A DNA stretch of 63,761 nucleotides, filler included, from Elsinoe ampelina (taxonomy: Eukaryota), in NCBI GenBank assembly GCA_010093995.1. It is 8 parts of 4 records of this genome, joined end to end, with 100 filler letters (N's around TTAATTAATTAA, not from the genome) between each part and the next. Parts side by side here need not be neighbours in the genome. Positions count along the whole stretch, not along the records: positions 36,295 to 50,888 come from ML992508.1; 7 more parts are not named here. One strand, written 5' to 3'. The notes under the pieces are model-generated. The model made no database searches. It was not told where the DNA came from and saw nothing but the letters and a program-made list of their open reading frames with translations. The position numbers and the translations under genes were made by a program. Of the stretch, positions 37,768-49,179 are shown one piece after another; position 1 is the stretch's first letter; every line of letters starts with the position of its first letter.

Positions 37768-40039
37768 TCATATCTCCACGACCTTCCCAGTCTCCTTTTC
37801 TGCTTCGACCTCCTTGGGTCTGCCCTTCCGATCCACCCTCACATCCCTCGGATCGAACCCTCCATTCCCATACAGCGCCCACTCCGGCGTCTTTTCCCCA
37901 ACATAATCCTCCGGCCCAAACTCCCTCCCACTTTCCAGACAATCGAAAAACCTCTCATAATCAATCAAAGTATGCCACCCATCCTCCTTCTCAAACCTCC
38001 GCCTCTCTCCCATCAGTATACAACAACTATGCGCATGCTCCGCCGCAATCCCGTACCCCAACCCCCTCCTCTGCAACTCCCCATCCAACGCCTCCACAAA
38101 CGCACACACCTCCTCGTAAAACGGCACGTTCCGCATCGTCAAACCCGCCGCCGCACTCGTGCTGGTCCCGCAGTACGTCACGCCCTTCACCTCTATGAAC
38201 CCAGGCCGGGCACGCTCCACCAGATCCGCGTAACCCCCTACTTCTTCCTCGATGTTGAACCCCTTAACCAGCGTCAGGCGGAAGACGGTCCGCTGCATAT
38301 CCCTCTTCTCGCGGAGAATGTCCATGCACCGGAGGAAGCGCTCCCAGTAGTCTCTGTGCAAAGGGCGGTCGATCTTCTTGAGCCCTTCCTTGGTGGCGGC
38401 GTCGATGGAGACGTACAGCTGCGTGACGTGGGACAGGGCCGCGAGTTGATCCGGGTGTTGCGCGTTGCAGACGAGAAAGGTGGAGATGCGTTCGCTGTGG
38501 AGCATGCCGAGGAGGGCGTTGATGTGCGGGTAGAAGATGGGTTCGCCGACCAGACTCAAGGCGCAGTGGCGGATTCGGAGGGCTTCGGAGAAACGCTCGG
38601 CGCGCACGCCGGGGACGCCGCGCATCATTTTGATTTTCTTGTAGTGGCCTTCTTTGATGCCCGCGAAGACGAGGTCGGGAGGGTCGACGGTCCATCGCCA
38701 GGTTGTCGAGACCGGGTTGGTGCCGTGGCGCCAGCAGAAGACGCATTTGTTGCTGCAGGAGAGGGAAGGGGTGGATTCCATGCAGCGGTGGGAAGCGATG
38801 CCGTAGAAGGAGTATTTGTAGCAGGAACCGCGGCCGCGGAGGGCGGATTTGGTCCATCGACAGAGCTTGACGCCCGAGTGGCTGCCGACTATGGTGTAGC
38901 CTTGTTTGGTGAGGGCGGTGTAGGTTGGCGAGATGGTAGGGACCATTTCCTTCGGTTTCGAGGAGGGGATGGTCGTGAAGTCGGTCTCTAAATCGGCAGG
39001 GCCGCGGATGTCCTCGAGGTCAGCCGTCGGAGACGGTCGCTTCCGCTTCTTTCGCCGCGAGCTATCGCTGTCGTCACCCCCGAGGTCAGAGTCGTCGCTC
39101 TCTACAGGGTCGCCACTACCAGTGACGCCTTCTCCAAGGCCCTGTTTCGAGGACAGGCTGAGCATGACTTCCTCGATCCCTTTCCGCCATGCTGATAATG
39201 TCGCCGCCGCTTCCTTCACATCACTTGTGCTGACTGGATATGCTCGCTTCTTTCCCGTAAGCCGGGCCATCCATTTATCCACCTCCTTCGCCTGCGTACA
39301 GAAGCCGTCTGCTTCAGTCGGCCAACCCTCCTTATCACCAGTGCCAAAGACCGAGTATCCCGCGAGTCCACTCAGGGGTGCTGTGTCTATCCGGAAGTCG
39401 TTGTGTGTCTCTGTGAGACTGTCGATGAATGTGGTAAGCTCAGAGTCGATGTTGTATGTCGGAAGAAGTATCATGTAGAATTGCTGAACACCCGACGCTT
39501 TCGAAGGCGATACAAAGTGGTTGTCGAAATCGACGTCTACTATGTTGTGCATTTGTGGCTTGAGTATGGTGACGTGCTGGGTAGCAAACCGCGAGAGCTG
39601 GTCGAATAGTGCTTCTGCCAACTTCGTCGTCGATCCTCCGAGAGAGAAATAGTATATCACAGGCTCAACCCGATATTCCTCAGACTCCTTTGGAATGCCG
39701 TTGCTCTTGTGTGGACTGCTCTTCCGCCCGCCTGTCACTCGCTTCGGTCCTTCCGACTTTTGCCTCGCTATCACCTTGGGTCGTACGAGTGGAAGCTCAT
39801 ATATTTTGTCTTTTGACCCAGTTCGTACGAACACCGCGCCTGTATCCTTCTCCTTCGAGTCCGCAACTGAAGCGACATCTTCGTGTTTTCGCACATGGTA
39901 AATTCGAAAGTATGCCAGAACCAGACCAGTGAGGACGAGAAGTTCGATCCGGTGGGAGTGCCAGATGGCCAGCAGCTCTGAGGGATGTCAGGATAGAGTC
40001 ATACGAATCATTGGTCTGCTTACCAGTGAAGAGCTCCAT
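37768..40039 (-). CDS. TYW1: tRNA wybutosine-synthesizing protein 1 (flavodoxin plus radical SAM)
   Basis: Micro-exon MELFT (40039-40024), intron 40023-39978, N-terminal hydrophobic anchor, flavodoxin-like domain; GYTIVGSHSGVKLCRWTK, CSNKCVFC (CxxxCxxC), HCALSLVGEP, FIEVKGVT, EHAHSCC. Confidence 0.95.
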
Positions 40040-42027
40040 CTCTAGCAGCCGAGTATGTATGAAGGTGGGCCAACGAGATCTTGCTTGGATATCAAAATAT
40101 CTTTGCCCCGCATTCAAGGGTCGAGGTTGGCTCACATTTGGGCCAAAAGCAGAGTGGCTCACGGGCATTCTGCGTCTATATCACAACGTTTTGCATCCAA
40201 CATCAACAACACGACAAGACGATTAGCTATTCTTTTCATCAAAAGCTTCGTGGACCACATTGGAGATATGGGAACCTCATATCTTGATTCATTCTCAGTG
40301 TCACTACGGCGACTGCAGACAGGATGGCCTCAATGATGACAGTGGACTGAATAGAATTTCGATACATACAGCGGCCCAGTGACATCTCTGACCAACAGTC
40401 GCATCGCTCAAAACTGCAGCTGGATCACGATCTGGCTCATGTGCAGAATGGGGACCCAGAAACTCCGTTCTAATGTGGCTGCTCAGGACTCATGCCCCGC
40501 GCACCAATGACTTCCAGACTGCCCGTAATGGCATTGCCACCGAGACTCGGTCGACTCATTATCACGCTTCATGCTGGCAATACAGCATGCGTAGACCTGC
40601 CGATCGCTTAGCACGCTACCAGATTGGTCCCTAACTCTGGACATGTGAGATGCGAGGAAGTTACGTCCAGCTTCTGTTCAGACATCTGCTTGGATGACAC
40701 TCCTCCGCGGTGCTCTACCTGAAGACGCACCTGACGGGTAGAGGTGAAAGACTGGGTGGCCTCCACAGACCTGCTTCAGCCTGCACTCCAAAAGCCTGCA
40801 CTCCAAAAAGAAGTTGCTTACCATGGACATTCTTTGGCCTCCGCTCGAGGAATCCTGTCGGGATCACGGAGTTGCGGTATCGCCACTTACTCTAAAAGGC
40901 AGGGTATCGCCAGTTCGGTGATCTTCCCTCGTCAGTCCAAAGTGAAAAACAAGTGAGAACACACTAAAAAAGGTACCGGGGAGGCCCCCTCTTCTCACCA
41001 CAGTGAGTCCGACGAATCGGTGCTCACCGCGGATCGAACAGTGGTCATCATCGCTATCCGACTCGATTACTAGCAAGCTAGTAAAGTCGTCGAACCACTA
41101 GACCTGAGACTTCCCCGTGGTGGTTTTAGCTGCTTGCACATAATATGATCTCATGCCTCTGCGATGATGGATGAGACCGGGACTTGGCGGCATGTGATAT
41201 CAGAGGTCTGTTCGACCTTCGACAGGACACGACATTGAGACGGCATGGGAATGCTTTCTCTGGCATCACTATGGACATGCATCTAGGTCTTTGCCGGTCA
41301 AGATCCCACCTATCAATCTGCTGGTAGTGCATGAGGGCGCTTGGGTCTGCAGCTCGAGTGCTGATGGCAGTATAGGTACAAGATCACGACTTCTGCACCT
41401 CTGAGTACGCCAAATGATCGCTCACCCGATGAGTGAGATTTCCTACTAATGTTCTGTATGAATCAGACCAGTATGAACTCTTGCCGGATCGAGTTTGGCA
41501 CGGGCTTGGACACGGCTCAAGGCGGCTAGAATCATACAAGCCAAGGCACTATCACACACGTCGTCAGTCGAACAGCGGACGTTGCTCAGCATGTATCCCG
41601 TGCCGAGATTGAGGCATGTCATAGCGATCAGGCCGTTGCCACCTCGTGTCTGCACAACGGCCCCTGGGCATTGACATACCAAGGGTCTTCTTTGAGTATC
41701 TCAACGTCCGTCACGAAATTTCGCCAGCCCTACCATTCCGATCCAACCTCCCGGGAGGTGTTGGTAGCCTGGCCGTTGCGGGTTGTATGGCAAGACGAAC
41801 CGTTGGGAGGCTGACCAACGACCGAGATTCAAACGGCGGCTTTATACCATAACGGCTTTTACAGCCACATGACGACTACAATGAATCGGTTCGCACGACT
41901 AGACGGATTATATATATCTTACTGGGACTCGCTGATGTTGGTCATCGCATTCTCATACCTCATCACCGGTAGAGAACAGGAACCGCTTCATTTGCATTTT
42001 CAAGTCTTGCTGGGCTAGACTATCACC

Positions 42028-43539
42028 ATGTTCTTCCGGACCTATATGCTAGCCTGTCTGGCTTTCTTTTTCAGTATCGCATTGGCTGGTCCAACTGTCG
42101 CTCGCCCTGGTGGCCCACAAGATATCATCATTACAAAGGAGAACACCCTCAACGCATCAGCCACCCCGTACCTTAGTCTCGCTTACTCTGGGACGTCTCG
42201 GCTCACACTCTCTCTTGTCAACAACCTCAACAGCAACAAAGTCACAGCTTATGTCACCGGTCTCGACGTCAAAGGTCAACTGGTCATGTTACAGCCTGAC
42301 GGCAACTGGTTTTACCCGACAGCTGGTACTTCGGGAATTCCACAAAACATCACAGCTAATACCGCCATTCCTTTGGGTGCTCCCGGAAGTACTACCAATG
42401 TTACACTCCCTGGCTTCTTGATTTCCGGCCGTGTCTGGTTTGCCGATGGCACACTTTCTTTCTTTACCGTGCCTGGACCGTCTGGGCCGTCCCTCGTTCA
42501 GCCCTCTGCAGCAAATCCCAGCGATCCCAATGCAGCCACCAACTGGGGCTTTGTCGAACTCACCAACATCTCCGCCGGCATCTACTGCAATATCTCCTTT
42601 GTCGACTTCCTCGGTCTACCGCTTGGTATGACTTTGACTGGCGTCAACGGCAAGCAGTCTGCTCTCGGCACAACAGCAGCTGCAGTGCCAGGAGTGTGCG
42701 CAAAACTCATAGAGACATCGAAAGGCGGTGCTCCTTGGGACGAGCTCTGTGTCAACGATGAAAAGGGCAACGTTCTCCGAGTGTTGTCGCCCGCTCTTCA
42801 TGCCGCAGTGGACAGCTCGAACTTCGCCAAACTTTTCAATGGACATGTTAACAAAGTCTGGCAAAGATTCGCTACTGAGCCGTTGATGATCGATACTCAA
42901 TCTTCGCCTGGCATTGTCAACTGTACCGTCCAGAACGATATCATGACCTGCGGGCAGGACAGCACAACCTACGCTAAGCCCAATGGGCTCGATATCTTTG
43001 GATGCAACAGCGGTCCCTTTCTGATCAGGAACGGCAACCCCACGCACATGGCTGTCGTGCCTAGACTGTGCGCTGCCTTTAATCGTGCGACTCTCCTACT
43101 ACCCAACGGCAGGAAGCAGCCCTTCAACAATCCCAAGAGGTATTACCTGAGTGGACCAACGAACTGGTACAGCAAGTTTGTTCACGACTTTGAGATTGAT
43201 GGCCGTGGATACGCTTTCTCATACGACGACGTATCTGCGACTGGCACCGAGGATCTCTCTGGCCTTCTCTCCGATCCTGAACCATCGCTCTTGAGCATTA
43301 CAGTGGGCGGTCCCGACAGCCCAGTCATCCAGGCCGGAAAGGCGAAGAACAAGGCGGCATCGGTCAAGACTACAACTACCACCAAGAATACAAAGACGAC
43401 AATGGTCATCAAGGTCAAACAGACCATCACAACAACAAAGACCAAAACTATCAAGAAGACGACGACAATCACTACAACGACAAAGAAGACTACAAAGTCA
43501 AAGAAATCCAAGGCTCCGAAGACGACGGGCAAGTCCTGA
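42028..43539 (+). CDS. Secreted GH64 beta-1,3-glucanase with Lys/Thr-rich C-terminal tail
   Basis: Signal peptide MFFRTYMLACLAFFFSIALA; WGFVELT, NISFVD, DIFGCNSGPF, RLCAAFNR, GYAFSYDDV. Intronless; TATA-like run at ~41909. Confidence 0.9.
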   Translation: MFFRTYMLACLAFFFSIALAGPTVARPGGPQDIIITKENTLNASATPYLSLAYSGTSRLTLSLVNNLNSNKVTAYVTGLDVKGQLVMLQPDGNWFYPTAGTSGIPQNITANTAIPLGAPGSTTNVTLPGFLISGRVWFADGTLSFFTVPGPSGPSLVQPSAANPSDPNAATNWGFVELTNISAGIYCNISFVDFLGLPLGMTLTGVNGKQSALGTTAAAVPGVCAKLIETSKGGAPWDELCVNDEKGNVLRVLSPALHAAVDSSNFAKLFNGHVNKVWQRFATEPLMIDTQSSPGIVNCTVQNDIMTCGQDSTTYAKPNGLDIFGCNSGPFLIRNGNPTHMAVVPRLCAAFNRATLLLPNGRKQPFNNPKRYYLSGPTNWYSKFVHDFEIDGRGYAFSYDDVSATGTEDLSGLLSDPEPSLLSITVGGPDSPVIQAGKAKNKAASVKTTTTTKNTKTTMVIKVKQTITTTKTKTIKKTTTITTTTKKTTKSKKSKAPKTTGKS

Positions 43540-43866
43540 TCGGTCGATATGAGACATGGATATGGCTATGGAATAGATTATTTAGATAGATACCCAAATT
43601 TGCAATGTTATATTCAGCATCAAATGACTTCCTGCGTGACATAAAACGATCGATCCGGAAATAACTCGTGGCAATTGATTCGACAACCAGTCGTGGAACA
43701 CATCTTTGTCTCCACACTTCTGAGTTGCACGTGAATAATTTCGATCGTATTCTTCCCTTCGCACTCATCTCGCCACCAACATGGACGACAACGACTATCG
43801 GGCCTCTGTACAAGCACGGCAACGCACCAGGTCAGGCACATCGATCGCTCGCAAAGCAAAGAGATC

Positions 43867-45182
43867 ATGTCCATCATCTGCTTGCCTACAGGATTCCTGG
43901 ATCCGAGCAGATACCCACATATCCGAAATGTCATCGTCGATCGTTTAAGCATAAAGGATTTGCTCAGATTGTGTGCCATTTCTAGCTCTATCTGAGGCTT
44001 CATTAGGTCTGACTGAGTGGAATGTTGAAACACACTCGGCGCAATTTTCCCAGCAGCCCCTGGAGTTTCCGAATGTACAAGCAGCGACAGGTGCACTGAT
44101 CTGCGTCGGGCTTGCGATCAAATTATCAAGTCAAGAGGCATTCCCAGTCGGACTCATGGAGCTGATAGTGCAAGAGGGCAAACCAGCTATGGAGATGATG
44201 GTGCACCTTGAAACGCAGCAGAGCTTTGTGAGCCAGACGCTCCAACATGGAGACCCTAATAAGCGTGGCAAAGTGAGTGTTCGGAAGAAGGTCGTGGGAT
44301 GTATGCTAGTTACACAATCCATCTGACACAATGACAGAAGTTGTTCCTAGCGAAGAGGCCTGGTGGGAGGATACTGCATCTACGAGTCCACATACTCCCG
44401 GATCCACCAAACGCCAGTGTCATTTCCGTCATTGATACGACTGTTGGAGCCGCTGTCATCTCGTGGGATGCTGCATACCACCTCTTCCCAAAGACGAGTT
44501 TCTGGCACAAAGAGACACATGCAACACACTGCTTGGACTCGAGTCGTAGCAAGCACAAATCATGGGCCTAGCGTGGATGGCGGCTCAGACTCAGAGACTG
44601 CGATGAATGGCCCTCGAAATTCCCTGCTAATGTGGCTTATGAATTCGCAGGCACTGCTGTACCCGGTTGAGATCACCTATTGGTGGAGGAATACCGACGT
44701 ATCGGGGATCACCTGTGCTGGAAAATGACGCTCCATACCAATGGTATCACACCATCTAATCCCCCGAGTGGCCTTCTCGAGACTTCCAGCTTTTCTGTCG
44801 GGTACACAGACCTGAGTTATCGCTCCATGGACAACGCTCGAAAGGCCTATGCTCCAACATTCGATGCGCGAGCCGTTGACCTTCGACATTCTCGAAGCTG
44901 ATCTACTTCGGCATTCCTACTGTACAACCAATGTAGAGGGTGCGCAAGATGAATCCAGTCTGTCCCACGCAAATCACCAGCTGCTGGCAAGAAACGTTCT
45001 CACACAGGCCTGTCTTCTGGAAGATGGGGGGAGAGGCAAAGATGTTCGGTGTCATCCCTTCCCTCTACGCTCACCTTATGAAGCTTCGAACCGAGCTTCC
45101 ATCTCAGAGGCAGTACGACGATGAGGAAATTCAGCGATGCATTACATGGTCGGAGCGCTCCAAGAAAGTACGAGCTGTTTGA
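43867..45182 (+). pseudogene. Decayed paralog of the downstream F-box-like gene
   Basis: FLDPSRYPHIRNV..LLRLCAIS, EWNVE..QAATGALI, AVISWDAAYHLFPKTSF, YRRIGDHLCWK and LRHSYC match 45582-47024. In-frame stops at 43993, 44569 and 44668, plus frameshifts. Confidence 0.8.
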
Positions 45183-45581
45183 GACCGAGAAGTGCTGGGC
45201 GAGATTCTGCTAGGGGCGAAGTTCAAGACTACAGCAAATGCGCAAAACAAAAAGATCTGGCTTGGAGATGTTATTGCCTGACTACCGCTCCACCATAGGG
45301 GTGAGTGGAAGGCAGTGGGCATTTCGATGGTGTGGTCCTAGACGAGGCACATGCAATCACGTGGCGGGTCTTGATCACGTGCAAAGAAATACCACAAGAG
45401 TCGATCCGCCTTTCACAGAACCACGCGGCACTTCTTACATACCTCATCCCACCTTTCACGTTCCAGCTGCTCGGTCATTTCACGATGATAAGGACGACCA
45501 ACGATCAATCGACCAGCTAGTCGACTCGCTGCGAATCGATGCCAGCAACATCATCATTGCAGACTTCCTTTGTCTTGCGCG

Positions 45582-47024
45582 ATGGCGCCTACTAAGAGCT
45601 CTAATCAGCGCAAAAAGCGTTCTCGCACCAGTACTACAACCAAGGATCGAGATGCTGCAGAACCGCCGAGGAAGAGATTGCGATTATCTTCAAGTTCTGT
45701 CTCCGTGGTCGACTTCTTGGACCCGAACAAATACCCCCCCATCAGAGATGTTTTGGTGGGATACCTTGACGTGCGAAGCATGACTCGACTATGTGCGACA
45801 TCACGCACATTAAGGCACATGATCACGTCGTATGACTGGGATATCAATCGATATTTAGGTCAATACTTCGAGTACCCAGAAGACTTCAGGACTGCTCAAG
45901 CCACTGCTGAGGCATTGATTATTGGTAGATCAGCTTTGAACTTCATCTACAAGCAGGCTTATGCCACAACACTCACCATCCAGTGCCAGTTAGGGACAAA
46001 GTTCGACGACTTCTTGCAGCATCTCATGGTAGCTGAAGGATATAAGATCGACAAGGATATACTATGGCACGGCACCGCGGAGAAGCCCCTGTCGAAAGTA
46101 AGAATATTGTACCCAGTTCGCCTGACATATATTTACTCAAATGTTACAGACTGTCCAACTGAAAAGCGGAGAAAGATCGGTCCATCTCCTAGGAAATTCA
46201 ACCCCTGTGATCCCGCAAGCGACGAAATTCTTTCGCTCGAGCGCAACGGCTAGCGTAATATCATGGAATGGATACTACCACATCTTCCCGAGAACGACCT
46301 TCCTGGCGTACGAAACGTTGCCGTTTCGCCCGCTCGACAAGTTCGTTTCCCGCGAACATCGATTCATCGAATGCTGGCATGTTTGGGGCTCCAGATGAGG
46401 GTCCCGAAGCCAGGGCCAAACGACCTCCTCTGCGAATCGGATGGTTCTGAACTGAGCCTTGAACTATCGCAGGAAGCAATTCCTGGTAAGCGAAGCCTCT
46501 GGATCCCCAATCACCGACGCTTTGGCGATCACATGTCATTCAAGCTGCAATTGGACACGACAGGCGTGCGTGGTCCATTGCAACCGGATCGCGCTCTCGA
46601 CCTAGCGTCTTTCCAGACCTCACTGCCAGGAGCCATACCTCGGTCATGGTCTTCTACGACCTGGAACTGGGAGGCATGGTCGTTGCATCGACCCCTCGAT
46701 TTCAAGATGCTCATGTCGCCCGGCCTACAATACGGCTACTGCTTGAGCCCAAAACTTCTACTACCAGACGGACGAAATTTACACCGCGTCTTGAACGAGT
46801 TGATTTACAATAGAACCGTGGCTCAAGCTCTGATTATGGACCCTGAAGAGCGTCAAGATGTCTTCGGCGATAGCATACCTAGCGTCACGGCCCTGGCGCG
46901 GATTGAGTTCGAGCGGCCTGTCTGGTGGTTGTACTACGACGACACGGTGAAGGAGTACATTGAGCGGGCGGAACGCTTCACGGCAGGAAGTGCTTCGAGA
47001 GTAACGGAGGTCGAGACGACTTGA
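45582..47024 (+). CDS. F-box-like N-terminal motif hypothetical protein (apparent 1-nt frameshift near 46378)
   Basis: Basic N-terminus, then FLDPNKYPPIRDVLVGYLDVRSMTRLCATSRTLR. Intron 46098-46149. The exon 2 frame stops at 46398 while homology with the paralog continues in the 46263-47024 frame. Confidence 0.65.
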
Positions 47025-47885
47025 TGATATAGGGCATGCTTGAGAAGAAAGATGAGCCCGAGGACAAGGCAAATTTGGAGAGTCGAAGACGGACTCGCGG
47101 CCCGAGGTTCTTTAGCAGGAAGCACTCCTCGATGAGCTCTTCCTCGGGTGCGACTTTTGCGCGCGGTATGACCGACCTCACTGATTGTCACGTTTGGTGG
47201 GGCATCGCATGACAGCGCCTCCAAATCATCGAGCGCGTGCCTGGTAGTTTACCACCACCGACCCCAACACCACCTGTAGGCCCACCAACCACTACGGTCG
47301 CGACTGATCCAACACCAGCATCCCACGGAGTTCCTTCAGCTAATCTACCAAGCACATCTGTTGCATCATATGGACCCATACTCATGCCGGTCTGGAGCAG
47401 TCTCCGCCGCCTTTCTTTTCAATTTGTCGTCATAATCACGAGGTCATCATGCGGGTCTGGAGCAGTCTGCCCCACAGAACAGTGCTTTTCTTTCAGCGCC
47501 GTGGAGTCACACTGGTTGTCTGGGAAGCAGGATATGCCCGTGCTGGGATCACGAAATGACATTTGTATTTGACTCAAGCGGCTAGAAAGTACATACAGTA
47601 AACCTCCCACAAGCCCCTTGGTCATTGACTGTCCGTGTTCTGTTGCTCGCTACCCGTTCAGTTGTGGCTCGTACTTTCCCCATTGACATCTCAGATTTTC
47701 TCCACGTGCGCCCTTCCTGCACTTTTGTGTGGCGGGTCCGCGGCCAAACTAGCAAGAAATGTGGTAGTGCTGGTGTTGCCACCTAGCGAACCTGCTGTCA
47801 CATGTCATGGAGAGATGGTGAGGTCCAGTATTGCTTCTGTTGTTGTCTACATCAGGTGTGGTTCGCGTGGTGCCCTTCAGATGGT

Positions 47886-48524
47886 TTAGTTCAGCTCTTC
47901 GACATATGTATTCAGCTGCGAGATCCAATGATCGAATACTGCAAGAGACGTACATATTCTCATGCTCGTGCTCATGGCTGCCTGGTTCAGCTGCTGTCCA
48001 GGGCTGGTAGTTAAGGTCCAGATGGTGTGGCTCAGGTGTACCATTCCCTGTGTTCTTGTGAAAGGAGACAGGGAATGGTAGCGTGAACGAGATCCAATGG
48101 TCCGGATGTTCAGACTCCACCCGATCTGACTCGAGATCGGTGGACTCACGGACGCGGCGACTGAGCTGGAGTCGGACCTGAGGAGCAAGAATTTGACTTG
48201 GGCAATTGTCGGCCCACCAGCACCTCTGGTGAGTTGGTCCCCGGCAAGGATACCATAGGCGCACAAGGCACCTTGAGACCCTGGGCCGGGCATGTCACCA
48301 AAGAAAGTCGGCTGGCCATTGGGATCGGAGATGCTTCTGTTTGACGAGTTGGGATTGATGGACTGGTTGGACGACGAGTGGTTGTTGAGAACCTGCCCTC
48401 CAATAGTGACATTGGCAGCGCGCTGAGGGTACCTGCTGCGGCCGCCACCTACCGGGCGGCCGGTCTTGCCCACCTTGAGGCGGTGTTCGATAGGGCGGAA
48501 GGCGCCGAACTCGTTCAAGACCAT
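47886..48524 (-). CDS. Hypothetical protein or gene remnant
   Basis: 212-aa ATG ORF in GC-balanced DNA; no recognisable motif. Confidence 0.25.
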   Translation of the reverse strand: MVLNEFGAFRPIEHRLKVGKTGRPVGGGRSRYPQRAANVTIGGQVLNNHSSSNQSINPNSSNRSISDPNGQPTFFGDMPGPGSQGALCAYGILAGDQLTRGAGGPTIAQVKFLLLRSDSSSVAASVSPPISSQIGWSLNIRTIGSRSRYHSLSPFTRTQGMVHLSHTIWTLTTSPGQQLNQAAMSTSMRICTSLAVFDHWISQLNTYVEELN

Positions 48525-49179
48525 GGTAAATTCAGTGGACTCGCAGGGGACGAATCATGTTCTGTCGGACCCATTTCGCACTGTGATCGATGTTCTTGAG
48601 GTCTACATCCTGCGGGATCTGGTTCTTGAGGCCATTGATGATAGTCCTTGGCCATTCGCCGATCGGAATGTTGCGTCCCCCAGGGTTGCAACGTGGTGAA
48701 CCAGATTGTCACAGTAGAGCCCTTGTGTTCTGAAGGTTGTAAGAGCCAACGCCTCGAAGCCGGCCTTGGAGAGATGAACGCTCTTGACAGGGGCCAGGCT
48801 GCGTGAAAAATGATACGCCCTTCTGCATCATCGGAACAAGATATACCTGCAAATCTTGATGACAAGAACTAATCGAGAACAAATACCAGGAAAGAGTCAG
48901 CACGCTCTAGTAGTACTAAGTTACATGTATGGATAAAGAAGACCTACTATTACACTACCTATTGGCTGGTAGTATCTATAGCCCATCCAACTTGAACCCC
49001 CCCGGCAGCGATACCTGAAACACCCCATCTGGATCATACTTATTCACGATCGTGTCCTATCTGTTACAAATAACAACTTCCTCTCCTGAATTTTCACACA
49101 TGCTGAGCATCCATATTGATTAGACATCGTGCGGCATCGTCCTTTCCTGCTGGTGATAGCACGGGCCTCGGACACGTCA

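Noticed and set aside
37693..38991. 432-aa plus-strand ORF (and 38264-38857, 38933-39478)
   Set aside because: Shadow or alternative frames of the GC-rich TYW1 coding sequence.
40040..42027. 2-kb intergenic region with short ORFs and a 15-bp tandem duplication (AGCCTGCACTCCAAA x2, ~40778-40807)
   Set aside because: Divergent promoter region of TYW1/GH64; the repeat has only two units and no supportable function.
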